The position numbers were made by a program, and so were the translations under genes. From Bacteroidota bacterium (GTDB taxonomy: Bacteria > Bacteroidota > Bacteroidia > Cytophagales > Cytophagaceae): a DNA stretch of 64,000 nt. Position 1 is the first letter of the stretch. Each line of letters starts with the position of its first letter. Below the pieces are notes generated by a model, which saw only the letters and a program-made list of their open reading frames with translations, made no database searches and had not been told where the DNA came from. The stretch covers positions 20,505-84,504 of the forward strand of contig JAEYZG010000036.1 of assembly GCA_023428135.1 (NCBI GenBank), given 5' to 3'. Below are positions 61,013-64,000 of this stretch, in pieces.

Positions 61013-62110
61013 CTAGGCCCTGCCGGTTTCTTTAAGATGATTAAGATGAGAACTTAATGCCGCAGAGAAGGTCGGATATTCATTGTACGGCACATTTAGG
61101 TCTAAACAGACACGCTTTACAATTTTATTCAATTCCGGATAGTGTGCATGGCTAATGTTTGGGAAAAGATGATGTTCAACCTGAAAGTTCAAGCCACCGG
61201 TATACCAGGTAACGAATGGATTATGGGTTGCAAAATTAGAAGTTGTTTTTAATTGGTGAACTGCCCATTCATCTTCAACTTTTCCTTCTGCAGGAGGTTC
61301 AGAAAATTCTGTATTCTCAACAACATGCGCTAACTGGAAGACGACCGAAAGCACCAATCCAAGAACAAAATGAAATAGCAAAAAACCTACTAACGTAACG
61401 AACCAACCATTGAAAATAGCAGGTACAACCAAATATGCTACTAAATATCCGACTTTTGTAAACCAAAAAATAATATGATCTGAAGTTTTAAAGTTGCTGA
61501 TTTTCAAATTGCCAATTTTACCACTAAAATATTTTTGGTAGTCAAGAAGAAATACCCAAAGAAGAGAGGATAGTCCGTAAATGAAGAAACTATAAATATG
61601 TTGATATTTATGCAAATATGATTTTTTCTGCATTGTATTCAGTCTGAAAACCGGCATCTGAGCAATGTCCTGATCGTATCCTTCAATGTTCGTATAAGTA
61701 TGATGGATCATATTGTGCTTATTTTTCCAAAGCACGGCATCACCTCCAAGAAAGTTTATACTATAGGCAGCAAGCGTATTCAACCATTTCTTTTTTGAGA
61801 AACTTCCATGTGCGCCGTCATGCATCAGGTTAAAACCCAGAGCAGCGGCCGCAAGGCCCATTATGGCATAGAGACATAGGGCAATACCAAATGAAACTGA
61901 TCCAAAAAGAATAGTTAAATAGCAAATAAAAAAAGTTGAAACGATTATAAGGGCTTTTATAAATAATCCGGAATCGCCTGTTGTTACCTTGCCTGTTTCA
62001 TCAAAGTATTCCTTTGTTTGTTTTCTGAGCTCCAATAAAACCGGTCTTGAAATATTACTAAAAGACAATTTCTCTTTGTTGACAGTTTTTGAAGTTTCTA
62101 CTTTTACCAT
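61013..62110 (-). CDS. Membrane fatty acid (acyl-CoA) desaturase, second paralogue
   Basis: His boxes HDGAH, HNMIHH, QVEHHLFP. Confidence 0.92.
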   Translation of the reverse strand: MVKVETSKTVNKEKLSFSNISRPVLLELRKQTKEYFDETGKVTTGDSGLFIKALIIVSTFFICYLTILFGSVSFGIALCLYAIMGLAAAALGFNLMHDGAHGSFSKKKWLNTLAAYSINFLGGDAVLWKNKHNMIHHTYTNIEGYDQDIAQMPVFRLNTMQKKSYLHKYQHIYSFFIYGLSSLLWVFLLDYQKYFSGKIGNLKISNFKTSDHIIFWFTKVGYLVAYLVVPAIFNGWFVTLVGFLLFHFVLGLVLSVVFQLAHVVENTEFSEPPAEGKVEDEWAVHQLKTTSNFATHNPFVTWYTGGLNFQVEHHLFPNISHAHYPELNKIVKRVCLDLNVPYNEYPTFSAALSSHLNHLKETGRA

Positions 62111-62167
62111 GAATTGTTTTTTAAAAAGACCTTGAAAAAATTTCCCTCTTGGTCTTTGGATTTTTTA

Positions 62168-62175
62168 CAAAATTA
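62168..62175 (-). promoter_or_regulatory. -7 box (TAATTTTG) for desaturase 2
   Basis: Exact TAnnTTTG match. Confidence 0.55.
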
Positions 62176-62635
62176 ATACAAGATAATCTTTGTATCCAGT
62201 AAATAGTGCATTTTTAAAATTTATTTAACCACTTTACACGAAACTTTTTCTTAATATTAAAACAAAACTTATGAGGTAGCGATCTTTTTACTGGTCAAAT
62301 ATTAAAAGTAAGTATATGAATATAAGACTGTAAGTTTCTTTAAAGTGTAATAAAAAACAGAATTTACCAAGTTTGTATTATTAGAATATATTTTTTTGAC
62401 AAACAGTTTTATTTATTACCAAAGTCTCTTTTAGTGGTAATAAAAAGATCCTGGAATAAAATGTCATTTGCAGTAAAATTAATATGACTAATTATACTTT
62501 TAGGGATAATATCGGTTCTTTGGATAGCTGAACCCACTCGGCTCTCTAACAGGCTTTTCTAAAAACCTATTGTATCCTTTTAGGCTCCTAAAAGACTATA
62601 AGAAGGATCTTACTTCTTTAGCTATTGCTGATCAT

Positions 62636-63553
62636 TCAACCGTTTGGAAAAATTTTTCTAAACTTTCCAGGAAATTCTGTCTGAAACCTCATTTCTTTTT
62701 GTGTGATGGGATGCGTAAAAGCCAATACCCATGCATGAAGCCCAAGTCGCTTGATCGGGTTTTGTGTCGATCCATATTTCTTATCTCCAATAATAGGATG
62801 ACCTATATCCTGCATATGGACCCTTATCTGATTCTTTTTACCAGTTTCCAGATTTACTTTCATTAAACTATAATCACCTTTATTCATGAGAATCTCATAG
62901 TGGGTGATCGCTTTTTCTGAACCCGGAACAGAATTTCTACTTGAATGAACTTTATAGGCTTTGCTTTCCCTCAAATAGGAGCTTATTGTATCCTTCTCTT
63001 TTTCAGGAACACCATGCACAATCGCAAGGTATGTTCGCTCTGTTACGCTGGTATTCCAGGCTTCCTGCAATAATTCTTGTACGTGCTGGCTTTTGGCATA
63101 CATCATTACTCCGGAAGTATCACGATCAAGACGATGGACTACGAAAATTCGATTGCTATAATGCTGTCCCTTCAGATATTTACTTAACAAACTATAGGCT
63201 GTTTCATCCGCTCCGTTTTCTGTAGCTATCGATAATAATCCTTCTGCTTTATTGATGACTATAAGATCTTTGTCTTCATACATAATTTTTATGCCAGGAA
63301 GATTGGGCTCTGCCTTGATATTTTCCTTGGAAATGGTTACCTCCTGGCCGACCGTTAAGGATGCATTAAACTGGCTCACCGGTTTTCCATCTATATAAAC
63401 CTGTTTGTGAGATAATAAAGATTTGATATGCGTCCTGCTTTTGTGTGGTAACATTTCAATCAGGAATTTCATAAGATCAGTATCCGCAGCTACCTTATAA
63501 ACCAATGGTTTAAATGATTTAGCCTGAAAGCTAATGCTCTTTTTATTTTTCAT
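62636..63553 (-). CDS. RluA/RluD family pseudouridine synthase with S4-like N-terminus
   Basis: INKAEGL, VHRLDRDTSG, ETGKKNQIRVH, GDKKYG, LHA. Confidence 0.92.
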   Translation of the reverse strand: MKNKKSISFQAKSFKPLVYKVAADTDLMKFLIEMLPHKSRTHIKSLLSHKQVYIDGKPVSQFNASLTVGQEVTISKENIKAEPNLPGIKIMYEDKDLIVINKAEGLLSIATENGADETAYSLLSKYLKGQHYSNRIFVVHRLDRDTSGVMMYAKSQHVQELLQEAWNTSVTERTYLAIVHGVPEKEKDTISSYLRESKAYKVHSSRNSVPGSEKAITHYEILMNKGDYSLMKVNLETGKKNQIRVHMQDIGHPIIGDKKYGSTQNPIKRLGLHAWVLAFTHPITQKEMRFQTEFPGKFRKIFPNG

Positions 63554-63850
63554 TTGTAGATTTAATAAAGGAAGTTGCTATTGATTAGTCCTCTGACTGT
63601 CTCACCCGACAGATCATTCTTTTCTACTAAATTAATATATTTTGGAAAGCTACGGAAAATCTTAGCTTCCCTTTATTTATTGGTTTAGATTAGATAAACT
63701 TAAATCTAAAAAAGCATATAGAAAAAGATGTTTGATTTTTTGTGAATCCAAACCATACAAAAAAGAAAGAGATATATAAATTTGTAAAAACATTCGAACA
63801 TATTCATAAATGTTTTTCATGACTAATAAACTAAAACATAGAGATATAAA

Positions 63851-64000
63851 ATGGCAAAGTGTAATTTCAGCATTGAATTTAATGAACCCATAGACGGCCT
63901 GATAGAAAAAGCAAGGACAGGCATTACTGCCAAAGGAGGAAAATTTGAAGGCGATACATTAAGTGGAATTTATGCTATACAAACGCAGTTAGGATCAATA
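63851..64000 (+). CDS. Hypothetical protein (5' part; runs off the window edge)
   Basis: MAKCNFSIEFNEPIDGLIEKARTGITAKGGKFEGDTLSGIYAIQTQLGSI..., open to the end; -7 box TAAATTTG at 63777-63784. Confidence 0.65.
   Translation, partial: MAKCNFSIEFNEPIDGLIEKARTGITAKGGKFEGDTLSGIYAIQTQLGSI

Noticed and set aside
63785..63820. AAAAACATT/AATGTTTTT inverted repeat, sharing ATGAAAAACATT with the desaturase 1 upstream region
   Set aside because: Low-complexity AT-rich match, likely chance

Overview
AT-rich chromosomal segment from a Bacteroidota organism, most likely Cytophagales (Cytophaga/Sporocytophaga-like). This is inferred from TAnnTTTG -7 promoter boxes, T9SS C-terminal-domain proteins, Hc1, DUF5686/DUF4421 and a general lack of Shine-Dalgarno sites. 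Most of it is housekeeping: folD (partial), lepA, hslV, pdhC, menI-menF-menD-menE, PBP1A, mtgA, glgB, a glycogen debranching enzyme, ligA, dapA, accC, maf, gpsA, thyA, leuS and a RluA-family synthase. Lipid-related genes recur (membrane patatin, PAP2, two AcpH homologues, two desaturases, a SulA/CapB-like PLP enzyme), and a more accessory block lies at about 52.3-61 kb. I saw no rRNA, tRNA, CRISPR array, transposase or phage genes. The most interesting observations are: (1) an AcpH followed by an intact paralogue that has lost most predicted metal ligands; (2) a CI-like/S24 non-canonical LexA with CTAA-N5-TTAG boxes in its promoter and a small ORF in its leader; (3) a likely cysteate acyltransferase divergent from accC and a ParB/SerK-like DUF1015 gene; (4) a recurring AAC-N17/18-GTTA candidate ECF promoter, plus rare strong Shine-Dalgarno sites; (5) a perfect FNR box overlapping a Crp/Fnr gene's stop codon; (6) an Ig domain split by an inserted CBM-like module. 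All family calls come from motif recognition by eye, not database searches.
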